From positions 1-57,226 of the forward strand of contig JAXKHT010000004.1 of NCBI GenBank assembly GCA_036549705.1: a stretch of DNA of 57,226 nt. The letters run 5' to 3'. The notes beneath the pieces are model-generated. The model saw only the letters and a list, made by a program, of their open reading frames with translations. It did no database searches and had not been told where the DNA came from. Of the stretch, positions 17,867 to 27,638 are shown one piece after another; the stretch's first letter is position 1, and each line of letters begins with the position of its first letter. Both the position numbers and the translations under genes were made by a program. The stretch comes from Acutalibacteraceae bacterium. GTDB lineage: Bacteria; Bacillota; Clostridia; Oscillospirales; Acutalibacteraceae.

Positions 17867-19393
17867 TTATTTATCATAAAGATATATATTCTTAAAGCAA
17901 GTTGGCAACATATCTATTATGTCTGTTGCAAGCATACTTATCTCTCCGAATTTTTCAGCAGCTAAGTCACCTGCATAACCGTGGCAATAGGCACCGCTTA
18001 CAGCAGCGTTAAATGGTAACACACCTTGTGCCAGCAGGCTACCAATTATGCCGGCTAAAACATCTCCACTGCCTGCCTTAGCCATACCCTTGTTGCCTGT
18101 TGGATTTATTACAGTTTTGCCCTTTGGATGAGCCACCACGGTGTAGGCACCTTTAAGAACTACAATAACATTATACTTTTTAGCAAATTCAACAGCTACA
18201 GTTAATCTGTTTTTTTGTATTAGTTGAACCGATGTTCCTAATAATCTTGCCATTTCTCCAGGGTGAGGCGTTATAATAACAGGGACTTCTGCACTTTTTA
18301 ATATATCAACATTATCTGCTATTGAATTAAGGGAATCAGCATCTAATACTACAGGTACGGTGCTGTTTTTTATAATATACTCGGTTAACTCTTTTGCCTT
18401 TGATGTATTCCCCAAGCCACAGCCTGCAACAACTGCATTGGTTTTTTCCATACTTTTGCATAATGTATCTATAGTATCTGTAGCTGTGTAAGGCAGAAAT
18501 ACAGCCTGTGGAATGTTCATAGCAAGAATAGGGTACAAATTAGACGGCAACACACTTTTTACCAAGCCAACTCCACTTCTTAAAGCACTTTGAATACACA
18601 TTTGGGAAGCACCCAGCATACCATAGCTTCCACAGGCTACAGTTAATGTGCCTGTTGTGCCTTTATTAGCAGAAACAGGTTTTTCCGGTAACAAAGCCTT
18701 TAATCGGCTACCGTCAGTTGTTTCTGTTAGATATGGGCTTTCATAAATTATACCTTTATTTATGCCAACCTGAGAAACTATAGTTTTTCCACAGTAATCC
18801 ATAGCGGGATAAAGAATATGACAAGGCTTTAATGTGGAAAAAGACAGTGTATAGTCCCCCTTAAATGCAGAATTAACCACAGCACCTGTATCACATTCTA
18901 CACCACTTGGCAGGTCTACGCATAAAACCTTGCTATGGGTGCTGTTTACAAGGTCTGCTATAACTCTCATATTGTCCGTTAACGCACCCTTAAAGCCTAT
19001 ACCGTAAATAGCGTCTATTATGTAATCAGCAGTAGCAATTATATCCTTAACCTTTTGACTAAATTCCCATATACGAAAAGCCTGCACACCACTGTCAAGA
19101 GCTTGTTCAAAAGCCTGCATACTATCCTCGGTGCGTGGTTCACCGTCTACTAATAAAATATACGCCTTTATTCCTTGAGATATAAGATACTGTGCCGCTA
19201 TAAAACCGTCGCCACCATTGTTGCCTTTTCCACATAATACAGCAACCATATCCTTTGGAGTTGCTCCCATTTGAGAAATAAGTGTTTTTCCCACCTGTAC
19301 ACCAGCATTATTCATAAGCTGAAAATAAGTGGAGCCTCGTTCTATTTGGTTATGCTCTAAAATTCTTGTTTGCTCGCAAGTTAATATTTTCAT
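17867..19393 (-). CDS. nnr: Bifunctional NAD(P)H-hydrate epimerase/dehydratase
   Basis: LCGKGNNGGDG, VDLPSG, VLDADSLN, ITPHPGEMARL, AKAGSGDVLAG. Confidence 0.95.
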   Translation of the reverse strand: MKILTCEQTRILEHNQIERGSTYFQLMNNAGVQVGKTLISQMGATPKDMVAVLCGKGNNGGDGFIAAQYLISQGIKAYILLVDGEPRTEDSMQAFEQALDSGVQAFRIWEFSQKVKDIIATADYIIDAIYGIGFKGALTDNMRVIADLVNSTHSKVLCVDLPSGVECDTGAVVNSAFKGDYTLSFSTLKPCHILYPAMDYCGKTIVSQVGINKGIIYESPYLTETTDGSRLKALLPEKPVSANKGTTGTLTVACGSYGMLGASQMCIQSALRSGVGLVKSVLPSNLYPILAMNIPQAVFLPYTATDTIDTLCKSMEKTNAVVAGCGLGNTSKAKELTEYIIKNSTVPVVLDADSLNSIADNVDILKSAEVPVIITPHPGEMARLLGTSVQLIQKNRLTVAVEFAKKYNVIVVLKGAYTVVAHPKGKTVINPTGNKGMAKAGSGDVLAGIIGSLLAQGVLPFNAAVSGAYCHGYAGDLAAEKFGEISMLATDIIDMLPTCFKNIYLYDK

Positions 19394-19465
19394 ACAACTA
19401 ACCTCCTAATGCTAAAATCCATATTCAACTACCAAAGGGTAATTGAATATGGCGTACAATACATT

Positions 19466-20005
19466 TTATATGTTTTGAGATTTTATCAATCCTAGCTTAA
19501 CCTCTGGTTTAAGCTGTTGTCTTATGGCAGTAAGAACCTTTTCGTTTGGTGCAAATACAACCATAATTTTACCAAACTTTCTGGTATCAACAATAAAACG
19601 GTACTGATTTGGGTCTGTGTCATATGTACCCAAATTCATAACCCTGTCACACCTGTCTGGATTAAGTCTGTTTTCTGTAATTTTATCAAAGCCATCAATT
19701 TTTTTAATATCTATACTAAGCATAGCCTTGCGTCTGCGTTTAGCCATAACCTTATCAATTTGCAAATTGTTATGTGTTACTGTGTACTCATATTCTACAT
19801 CTCTGCCTGTAATTACATACCAGCAGAAGTAAATATCAAACATAGCCAAAAAAACGCCAACAGCAACAAAATAAGCATTTACCAACACACCAAATAACAC
19901 ACCCAGTGCCAACACTGCAAAAATGCTTAAAATCATTACTACCTTAACAAGAAAATCCTTGTAATCCTTTTTATGAACCACCAGCTGTTCAACATATGTA
20001 TCCAT
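19466..20005 (-). CDS. DUF6106-like membrane protein
   Basis: YVEQLV, two TMs, VEYEYT...IDKVMAKRRRK, FAPNEK. Confidence 0.8.
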   Translation of the reverse strand: MDTYVEQLVVHKKDYKDFLVKVVMILSIFAVLALGVLFGVLVNAYFVAVGVFLAMFDIYFCWYVITGRDVEYEYTVTHNNLQIDKVMAKRRRKAMLSIDIKKIDGFDKITENRLNPDRCDRVMNLGTYDTDPNQYRFIVDTRKFGKIMVVFAPNEKVLTAIRQQLKPEVKLGLIKSQNI

Positions 20006-20261
20006 AAGTAATTCTCCTATTCTTATTATAATTTCACAATTACAACAGTAATTTGTACTGTTGTATACGCTATTTTAACATTTTATACATATCAAATCAA
20101 GAGTTATTGTGATAGTTTATATTATTGGTTAATAGTAGATAAATATAAAGATAGATATTTTAAGAATATTGAAAAAATTTTATCACATTCAATCAACTAT
20201 ATTGACATTATGCAACATTTATTTTAAACTTAAAGTAAGTATGTTTAGGGGATATATTGTA

Positions 20262-21155
20262 ATGATTAATATAATTGACTTTAGTGATTGGGAAATTTAT
20301 GACGGTAATTCCGAGGGTAGTGGTCGAAGCGAAAAAATATGGCTTAGGTCTAACAACAAAATAGGATTGTTTAAATATCCTAAAAAACACGATAGTGGAG
20401 AAATTACTACTGAACACATCTCAGAAAAATTATCCTTTGACATAGCACGGTTGTTAAATATTCCCTGTGCTACGGTTGATATTGGAACCTATAACGGTAG
20501 AATAGGCTCTATGAGTTATCGTATAAATAATAATCAAGAATATATTGTTGAAGGGATAAATTTTATAAACGCATTATACCCCAATTATGATATAGAAAAA
20601 TTATATGATAGTTCAAATGATATTTATTATTCATTACCACTAGTATCTGTAATTTTTGAAAGTTTACACTTAGAAAAAGAATTTTTAGAAATGATGATTT
20701 TTGATGCATTAATAGGAAATACTGACAGACATCACAGTAATTGGGCTGTTCTTGCTCTATCACCAAAAGAGTTTAGCTTTTGCCCACTTTACGACAATGG
20801 GTCATCACTATGTTGCTATATTGAGGAAAAAAATATAGCTAATTATCTAGGTAAAGATAAAAATAGATTTAATTCATTAGTAGATAGCAAGTCTAGGTCT
20901 AGAATAAAGCTACTACTAAAAGACAAAAAGGAACCAAAACATACTGATGTATTACGTCATTTGAATACTACAAATAACTATGATAATTGTATATCTATAA
21001 CCGATAGAATTATACAGGTTTTAACCCAACAAAATATAAAAGCTATTCTAGACGAATACCCTGATGAACTTCTGTCGGCTGATAGAAAAAAGTTAATATG
21101 CAAATTTTTAATGGAAAAAGTAAATTTAATTAAAGAAATATTTAAAGGGGGGTAA
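20262..21155 (+). CDS. HipA-like Ser/Thr kinase (stand-alone HipA_C)
   Basis: GSGRSEK loop, GLFKYP, EHISEKL, FDALIGNTDRHHSNW, PLYDNGSSL; ATG 20262. Confidence 0.88.
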   Translation: MINIIDFSDWEIYDGNSEGSGRSEKIWLRSNNKIGLFKYPKKHDSGEITTEHISEKLSFDIARLLNIPCATVDIGTYNGRIGSMSYRINNNQEYIVEGINFINALYPNYDIEKLYDSSNDIYYSLPLVSVIFESLHLEKEFLEMMIFDALIGNTDRHHSNWAVLALSPKEFSFCPLYDNGSSLCCYIEEKNIANYLGKDKNRFNSLVDSKSRSRIKLLLKDKKEPKHTDVLRHLNTTNNYDNCISITDRIIQVLTQQNIKAILDEYPDELLSADRKKLICKFLMEKVNLIKEIFKGG

Positions 21156-21158
21156 ATT

Positions 21159-21860
21159 ATGTCCAGAAAAAACGGCAGAGATTATTTATATTTAATCTGG
21201 AAGCACCCTGAAACAAGACGACATTATATTGTAGGTATTTTATCCAAAAATGGAGTCTTTGAGTTTGAATACGGACCTGAATTTTCACTAGCAAAAACTG
21301 CTGGTTTTAACGGAATTGAAGCCTTTAAGGAAATCGACAAAAAATATCAAAGCGAAAAACTATTCCCTGTATTTGCGAGTAGACTTCCTGACAGAAAAAG
21401 GCGAGATATTGACAAAATTTTGCAAAAGTACAATCTAGACGAATATGATGAATACTTACTGCTAAAAAAGAGCGGAGCAAAGCTACCTATTGACGCCTTT
21501 CAATTTGTAGACCCAATTTTAGCTGACGAATATCCCGTATCAAGAAATTTTAATATTGCAGGTGTTAGATATTATTTACCTTGTAATGGTAAAGACTGTA
21601 CTAAACAGACAAGTGTTGATGTAGATGAACATTTATATTTATCGCCCGAACTTAGTAATGAACACGACCCAAATGCAGTTGTTGTTTATAATTCAAAAAA
21701 AGAAAAAATCGGTTATATTCCAAGATATTATGCAAAACCTATACAGCAAATGATTAAAGAAAATAGAAAAATCACCTGTATTGTAACCGATGTTAATAAA
21801 AATAACACCTATAGTCAATGTCTTGGTGATTGTATTAAAGTAAATTTATATATTGAATAA
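21159..21860 (+). CDS. HipS/HipA-N-like + HIRAN domain protein
   Basis: VGIL..FEFEY..LFPVFASRLPD.KR N-terminal half; FNIAGVRYY..PELSNEHDPNAVVV..KIGYIPRYY HIRAN. Confidence 0.85.
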   Translation: MSRKNGRDYLYLIWKHPETRRHYIVGILSKNGVFEFEYGPEFSLAKTAGFNGIEAFKEIDKKYQSEKLFPVFASRLPDRKRRDIDKILQKYNLDEYDEYLLLKKSGAKLPIDAFQFVDPILADEYPVSRNFNIAGVRYYLPCNGKDCTKQTSVDVDEHLYLSPELSNEHDPNAVVVYNSKKEKIGYIPRYYAKPIQQMIKENRKITCIVTDVNKNNTYSQCLGDCIKVNLYIE

Positions 21861-21864
21861 TTAT

Positions 21865-21902
21865 AAAACTGGGCTACTAGATTTTCTAATGCCCAGTTTT
21901 TT
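21865..21902 (+). terminator. Intrinsic terminator
   Basis: AAAACTGGGC..GCCCAGTTTTTT. Confidence 0.8.
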
Positions 21903-22082
21903 ATATGCTGTAATTTTTTATGCACCATATTATACCCCAATTCCATTGAAAATTATTTAAACATACCTTATAATAAAAAACATTAAGAAAAAATATTGCA
22001 AATTTTATGGTGGATTGTATGTAGTGTGCTTTTGATAACGGCATAATATAATTTTGGTGAATATTATTACAGGGTGATTAAA

Positions 22083-23009
22083 ATGAATGAATTTCAAAAT
22101 ATTATAAATGAAGTGCGTAAAGTGGTAAACGGCAAAGATAATGCTATTGTTACCACTTTACTTGCGATTTTGGCAAATGGAAATATTCTTATAGAGGACA
22201 TTCCAGGTGTGGGAAAAACCACAATGGCTTTGGCTTTTTCAAAGGCTTTAGGGCTTGAATATGGCAGAGTGCAGTTTACACCAGACACTCTACCTTCTGA
22301 CATTACAGGTTATGTTGTATATAACAAGGACAGTGGAAAAATGGTGTTTAATAAGGGTGCAATTTTTTGCAACCTTTTTCTTGCTGATGAATTAAACAGA
22401 ACCTCCAGCAGAACTCAATCTGCTTTACTGGAGGCAATGGAGGAGCAACAGGTAACAGTTGAGGGCAGGTCATATCCTCTTGAAAAGCCTTTTTCTGTTA
22501 TTGCAACTCAAAACCCTGTTGGGGCGTCTGGAACTCAGCTTTTGCCAGATTCTCAAACTGACCGTTTTGCTGTAAGAATTTCTATGGGTTACCCTGATTT
22601 TGATGCCGAGTGTCAAATGCTATTAAACAGAAACACCAGCAATCCTTTAGACAACGTACAGTGCGTTGTTACTAAAGAACAGCTTATAGAAATGCAAAAG
22701 GCAGTAAAAGCTGTATTTGTTCACAAGGATATGGCTGGTTATATTGTGTCCTTGGTAAATGCCACAAGAAATAACAAATTAATTTTAAGAGGAGCAAGTC
22801 CACGTGCTACTATTTCTCTTACCCAAATGGCAAAGGCTGTAGCTTTTGCTAATGACAGAAACTATGTAACACCAAAAGACGTACATTTTGTTTTTGTAAA
22901 CACATTACATCATAGAATAATTTTAAGCAGTGAAGCTACTTTGCAAAACACCAACGCTGAGCGTGTTTTGGCAAATATACTTCAAAAAGTTAAAGCTCCA
23001 AAAATATAG
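22083..23009 (+). CDS. MoxR-family AAA+ ATPase
   Basis: EDIPGVGKTT, RVQFTPDTLPSDITG, LADELNRT, IATQNP, GASPRA. Confidence 0.95.
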   Translation: MNEFQNIINEVRKVVNGKDNAIVTTLLAILANGNILIEDIPGVGKTTMALAFSKALGLEYGRVQFTPDTLPSDITGYVVYNKDSGKMVFNKGAIFCNLFLADELNRTSSRTQSALLEAMEEQQVTVEGRSYPLEKPFSVIATQNPVGASGTQLLPDSQTDRFAVRISMGYPDFDAECQMLLNRNTSNPLDNVQCVVTKEQLIEMQKAVKAVFVHKDMAGYIVSLVNATRNNKLILRGASPRATISLTQMAKAVAFANDRNYVTPKDVHFVFVNTLHHRIILSSEATLQNTNAERVLANILQKVKAPKI

Positions 23010-23021
23010 AGGAATGTGCAT

Positions 23022-23984
23022 ATGATTAAAAACATTTTTATATATTTTGCAATTCTTCTGTCTGCCTTTATTTTTAGCATATTTTTTTACGCTTGGTTTT
23101 CTTGGTATATTTTTCTGATAACTCTTTTTGTTCCCCTGCTTTCTCTTTTATTTAGTCTACCCTTTATGATAATTAATGCCATAAAAGGGTTTTCTATTTT
23201 TACACAGGAACAATTAACTGTTGGTGATGAATTATCCATTGGAATAACCAGTGGTAATGGAAAGGGCAGATTTTGTCCCCTTGTTAAGGTAAAATTCAAA
23301 ATAGAAAATCAATTTACAAAGGAAAAAAAGTCTATTAAATTTATATATGCCGGTTATTTGCAGGATAAGATTTTCAACAAATCAACAGCTTTTACACAAA
23401 ACTGTGGTTGTCTTGACATAAGGGCAAAATATTTAAAGATATATGATTTACTAGGAATTTTCTTTATACCAATAAAAATAAACTACCATAACAATGTGTT
23501 AGTAATGCCAAAAGAAAGCAAACCAACTGTTATACCTGATTTTCAACGTATACAGATTATTGGCTACAAGCCTAAAAACGGTGGATTTGCAGAGGAATAC
23601 GAATTAAGAAATTATCAAAAGGGTGACAGCCTTAAAAATATTCACTGGAAAATATCTGCAAGGTATGACCAATTAATTGTAAAAGAGCCTAGCACCCCTG
23701 TTTACAGACCTTTAGTATTAAAGCCTGTTATAACAAACAATCCTTTAGAAAACAACGCTACTCTTGGTAAATTTCTTTACCTGGCAAATAAATTACTAAA
23801 AAACAAAACAGAATTTTATTGTATTTGCCCTAACGGTAAAACCTGTGTAATTAACAGTAAACAGGATATAAAAAACTTTTTACTATCTCTGTACAATAGT
23901 CAAGCTATTGTGCAGACGTTTCCTGAAACAAATAACCCTGTTACTTACACCATTACTCATAATACAGAGGCGGTGAGTAATTAA
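23022..23984 (+). CDS. DUF58 domain protein
   Basis: ELRNYQKGDSLKNIHWKISAR..LIVKE; follows moxR. Confidence 0.9.
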   Translation: MIKNIFIYFAILLSAFIFSIFFYAWFSWYIFLITLFVPLLSLLFSLPFMIINAIKGFSIFTQEQLTVGDELSIGITSGNGKGRFCPLVKVKFKIENQFTKEKKSIKFIYAGYLQDKIFNKSTAFTQNCGCLDIRAKYLKIYDLLGIFFIPIKINYHNNVLVMPKESKPTVIPDFQRIQIIGYKPKNGGFAEEYELRNYQKGDSLKNIHWKISARYDQLIVKEPSTPVYRPLVLKPVITNNPLENNATLGKFLYLANKLLKNKTEFYCICPNGKTCVINSKQDIKNFLLSLYNSQAIVQTFPETNNPVTYTITHNTEAVSN

Positions 23985-26203
23985 TGAAAGATAAATTTAT
24001 ATATGCTGTAGACTATCTATTTATTGTTCTTCTTACGTTATGCCCTTTACAATGCTTAACCACTGCTTTTAATATTAAAGCAAACACAGCTATTGTAATA
24101 TTATGTGTGGCTATGTTTACAATGGTTTTCACCTTTTTAGCTGTTTTTGAAAAGAGTAATAAAAAATATGCTGTGGGGCTAGTGGTTATATTAATTGCGT
24201 ATGTGTTAATGGTGGTTTTATCTATTGATGTTCTATCTGCTCAGCTTAACTATGCAGTTAACTGTGTATTAAGGGAATATGCAAAGTTTATGGGTGTTCC
24301 CCAAAATGTAAAATTTGCTTTATACATTGCAAAGGACGCCACTGCACCTTTTGTAGCACTTGCCTTACCTGTTAGCGGTATTTTAACTACACTTATTATG
24401 AGGGTTAAGGTTATTATTCCTGCTTGTATTATTCCCATTATATTAATTGCACCTTGCTTTATACTTGTAAATACCCCACCAGATACCCTACCAACTATTA
24501 CAATGTTTGCAGTGCTTTTTACAATGCTTTTAACCTCTGCTATACATCGTTACAATTTACCCTACAGTGGTGCAATAACCTGTGGTGTTGCTGTATTGGT
24601 GGCAATGTTGGCAATAGCGATATATTTTTTCAACCCTATAGAGGGATATGAAAGATATAAATGGCAGGACGATTTACTTGAGATTACAAGAAAAGCTATA
24701 AGTTATAAGGAAAATGACAATGCAAGAATGTTGGCTGAAACCGCACAGAACATAAAAAATGAAGTAGACCTGTCAAATGCAGGGCCTAAGGAAAAAAATC
24801 ATAAAAAGGTAATGACAGTAACCAGCCCATACGCTGGGGAAATATATCTTAAAGGCATAGCCTATGGAAATTACGAAAACAACAAATGGTCTATTTTAAC
24901 AGAGTCGCAGGCAGAAAAGTATCCTGTAGTAAAAAATAACGCCCTTGCTGAGGACTATAGCTATAATTATAATAGTTTTACTATGACCTATGGCTATGAA
25001 GTTTCAAACACTACTATAGACATAGTAACAGAAAAAAGTGAAAACATACTTTACACACCTTATTATCTTTCTGAAATCCCACATAACAGTACACCTGTAT
25101 GTGATGTATTAATAAAAAACGATTCCAATGTAAAAACCTATCAAGTAACCCTGCAACCCTTTTCAACACAGCTATATACCGTTTTAGGCTATGATAAATT
25201 ATCACCTTTAGCAAACCCCTATAATTTTTCCTTTGACATAGATAGCAAGGGTTTAAAATATATGCGTTTTGTCAATGAAAATTATCTTGATGTACCACAG
25301 GATATAAAAGAAGAAATGCAAAAAATTGCATCTGACTTAGGCATTACAGAACTTGACAAAAAATATAAAGCCGAGGCTGTAAGGAAGTATATTTCCAGCT
25401 CTGCAAAATATTCTCTTAAAACAGAAAAGGTGCCACAGGGCAAAGATATTTCTACTTGGTTTTTGAATGAAAGTGACACGGGCTATTGTGTGCATTTTGC
25501 CACATCTGCAACATTAATGCTAAGGTCTATAGGAATTCCTGCAAGGTATGTAACTGGATATTACGCATATGCATCTATGGGAAAGCCTGAAATAGTTACA
25601 ACAGATAACGCACACGCTTGGGTAGAATATTTTGACGAAGATATTGGTTGGGTACCAATGGAGGCAACTCCGTCTGATTTTATAACAATGTTAGAGGATT
25701 TTGACTCTACAGAGGTTACAGAACCTACACAGCCTACAACAGCAACCCAACCACCAACAAATGCTGAACCAACAAATCCTACACAGGTTACAATAAAGCC
25801 TTACTATCCTAATGGTAACCCCGCTGTACAGGGCAATTTGTTGGTGACTATAATAAATATAATTATTGCTGTTATTTTTATTATCATTTTAACATTAGTA
25901 ATTTTACTTATCAGAAGAATAATTGTGCTTTATCTTCGTAAAAAATCATTTGAAAATGGCTCCAGTAATCACCGCACAAAATGTATTTACAGATACCTGC
26001 TTATGGTTTCTAAATATTCATATGTTCCAATACCAAAGGAAATTGTAACTATGGCAGAAAAGGCAAGGTTTAGTAATAGTACCATAGACCACAACGAGCT
26101 TGACACCATATTACAATTTACAGCAGAAAAACAAAAAGCCATTTTAACTGATGTATCTAAAATTAAAAAATTGTATTACAAATATATTCTTGTTTTGGCG
26201 TAG
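23984..26203 (+). CDS. Membrane-anchored transglutaminase-like protein
   Basis: Multi-TM N-terminus; GYCVHFA..LR..GIPARYVTGY, AHAWVE, GWVPMEATP. Confidence 0.92.
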   Translation: MKDKFIYAVDYLFIVLLTLCPLQCLTTAFNIKANTAIVILCVAMFTMVFTFLAVFEKSNKKYAVGLVVILIAYVLMVVLSIDVLSAQLNYAVNCVLREYAKFMGVPQNVKFALYIAKDATAPFVALALPVSGILTTLIMRVKVIIPACIIPIILIAPCFILVNTPPDTLPTITMFAVLFTMLLTSAIHRYNLPYSGAITCGVAVLVAMLAIAIYFFNPIEGYERYKWQDDLLEITRKAISYKENDNARMLAETAQNIKNEVDLSNAGPKEKNHKKVMTVTSPYAGEIYLKGIAYGNYENNKWSILTESQAEKYPVVKNNALAEDYSYNYNSFTMTYGYEVSNTTIDIVTEKSENILYTPYYLSEIPHNSTPVCDVLIKNDSNVKTYQVTLQPFSTQLYTVLGYDKLSPLANPYNFSFDIDSKGLKYMRFVNENYLDVPQDIKEEMQKIASDLGITELDKKYKAEAVRKYISSSAKYSLKTEKVPQGKDISTWFLNESDTGYCVHFATSATLMLRSIGIPARYVTGYYAYASMGKPEIVTTDNAHAWVEYFDEDIGWVPMEATPSDFITMLEDFDSTEVTEPTQPTTATQPPTNAEPTNPTQVTIKPYYPNGNPAVQGNLLVTIINIIIAVIFIIILTLVILLIRRIIVLYLRKKSFENGSSNHRTKCIYRYLLMVSKYSYVPIPKEIVTMAEKARFSNSTIDHNELDTILQFTAEKQKAILTDVSKIKKLYYKYILVLA

Positions 26204-26213
26204 AGTATATTGA

Positions 26214-26328
26214 AAATCACCCAACAAATCCATTTACGGTATTTGTTGGGTGATTTTATTATTATTATCCATACACAAAAGCAAAAGCTGTAGTAAAAGG
26301 GGTAATCCACCTTGTACTACAGCTTTTT
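26214..26328. terminator. Two adjacent terminators between convergent operons
   Basis: AAAATCACCCAACAAAT..ATTTGTTGGGTGATTTT and AAAAGCTGTAGTA..TACTACAGCTTTT. Confidence 0.8.
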
Positions 26329-26354
26329 GTTATATAAATTCCGTTACGAATTTA

Positions 26355-27617
26355 TTAGAATAAAATAATCAAGAACTGTGACACTAAAACTACTGCAATT
26401 AAAGCAATAGGATATGTTGCAGCGTAAGCAGCAGCAACATCTTCTGTGCCTGCTGTTTGAATTAATGTACCTAAAGCAGGAGTACTTGTCATACCACCTG
26501 TAATAGAACCAAGATTGTTTAGCAAGCTTAGCTTTAGAACATACTTTGCAAATATAAAACCGATAATTAGTGGAACTAATGTCATAATAATACCGTAAAC
26601 AAAGTACATTGGGTCAAAGTTTGCTACAAAGTCTGCACCACCTGGCACACCTGCACCTACAAGGAACAGTACCAAGCCAAGCTCTCTAAATAGCTTTAGA
26701 GTTGATTGCTCTGGCATAATATTAATCTTACCAATTCTACCAAAGTGACCAAATACAAGAGATACAAGCAGACAACCGCCTGTAGTTGTAAGAGCAAAGC
26801 AAGTACCGCTTAGACCTTCGCCAGAAAGTGGAATTGTAATTTTACCTACAATTACACCACAAACAGCTGCAAGAGCGAATGCTGCAAAGCCGTGTCCGTC
26901 AAGACTTAGAAGTTTACCTGTAAAGGATTTCTTTTCTGTTTTATCCTGTACAACAGCAATCTTCTTTCTTTCTTCGTCCATATTAGCTTTAGAAAGTTTT
27001 GGAACAATCTGTACAAATAGTACAACACCAATAACACCAAAGATGTAAGCAATACCATGACCAACTGATACAAGGCTTGTATATTCAGCTGCAACAGTTG
27101 CCTTTGCTGCTGAGAATGCAGGGGTTGAAGTAAGAGAACCTGAAAGCAAACCAACAATCATAGCTGTAAAGCCCTCTGATGTTTCTATAGAAGCACCAAA
27201 TCCAATTCCTCTACCAATAAAGATACAACCAACTGCTGCAAGTCCACCACATAGGATTATAATAACACCTAAAAGTACATAAGACTTAAAGTTTTTCTTC
27301 ATATTACTGAAGAATTTAGGGCCTGCAATAAAACCAACTGATGTTACAAATAAAATAAGACCAAGACTTTCAATAATCTCAAGTGCTTTTTCAGCAAAGC
27401 CCACCTCTATAGCACCCTTAATAACCAACTGATTTTCCAGTGGTGTAAAGAACAATGCACCAAATAATAGAGCAATTACAAAAACACCTGCGTCACCAAG
27501 TGAAACACCTTTAATTGTTATTCTGCCAAGTGCATAACCAACAAATAATATAGCAAATACACAGAACATTAAAAATGTAATGCCCGTTACAGGAATAACC
27601 CCGCCAAACAAATTCAT
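26355..27617 (-). CDS. AspT/YidE/YbjL-family transporter, candidate succinate exporter
   Basis: Duplicated motifs GSLTSTPAFSAA and GGMTSTPALG; no central TrkA-C domains; last gene of fumarate reductase operon. Confidence 0.85.
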   Translation of the reverse strand: MNLFGGVIPVTGITFLMFCVFAILFVGYALGRITIKGVSLGDAGVFVIALLFGALFFTPLENQLVIKGAIEVGFAEKALEIIESLGLILFVTSVGFIAGPKFFSNMKKNFKSYVLLGVIIILCGGLAAVGCIFIGRGIGFGASIETSEGFTAMIVGLLSGSLTSTPAFSAAKATVAAEYTSLVSVGHGIAYIFGVIGVVLFVQIVPKLSKANMDEERKKIAVVQDKTEKKSFTGKLLSLDGHGFAAFALAAVCGVIVGKITIPLSGEGLSGTCFALTTTGGCLLVSLVFGHFGRIGKINIMPEQSTLKLFRELGLVLFLVGAGVPGGADFVANFDPMYFVYGIIMTLVPLIIGFIFAKYVLKLSLLNNLGSITGGMTSTPALGTLIQTAGTEDVAAAYAATYPIALIAVVLVSQFLIILF

Positions 27618-27638
27618 TTCATCTACTCCCTTAAATTA

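Noticed and set aside
22083..26203. moxR-DUF58-transglutaminase as a novel system
   Set aside because: Widespread, well-known gene triad with nothing atypical here.
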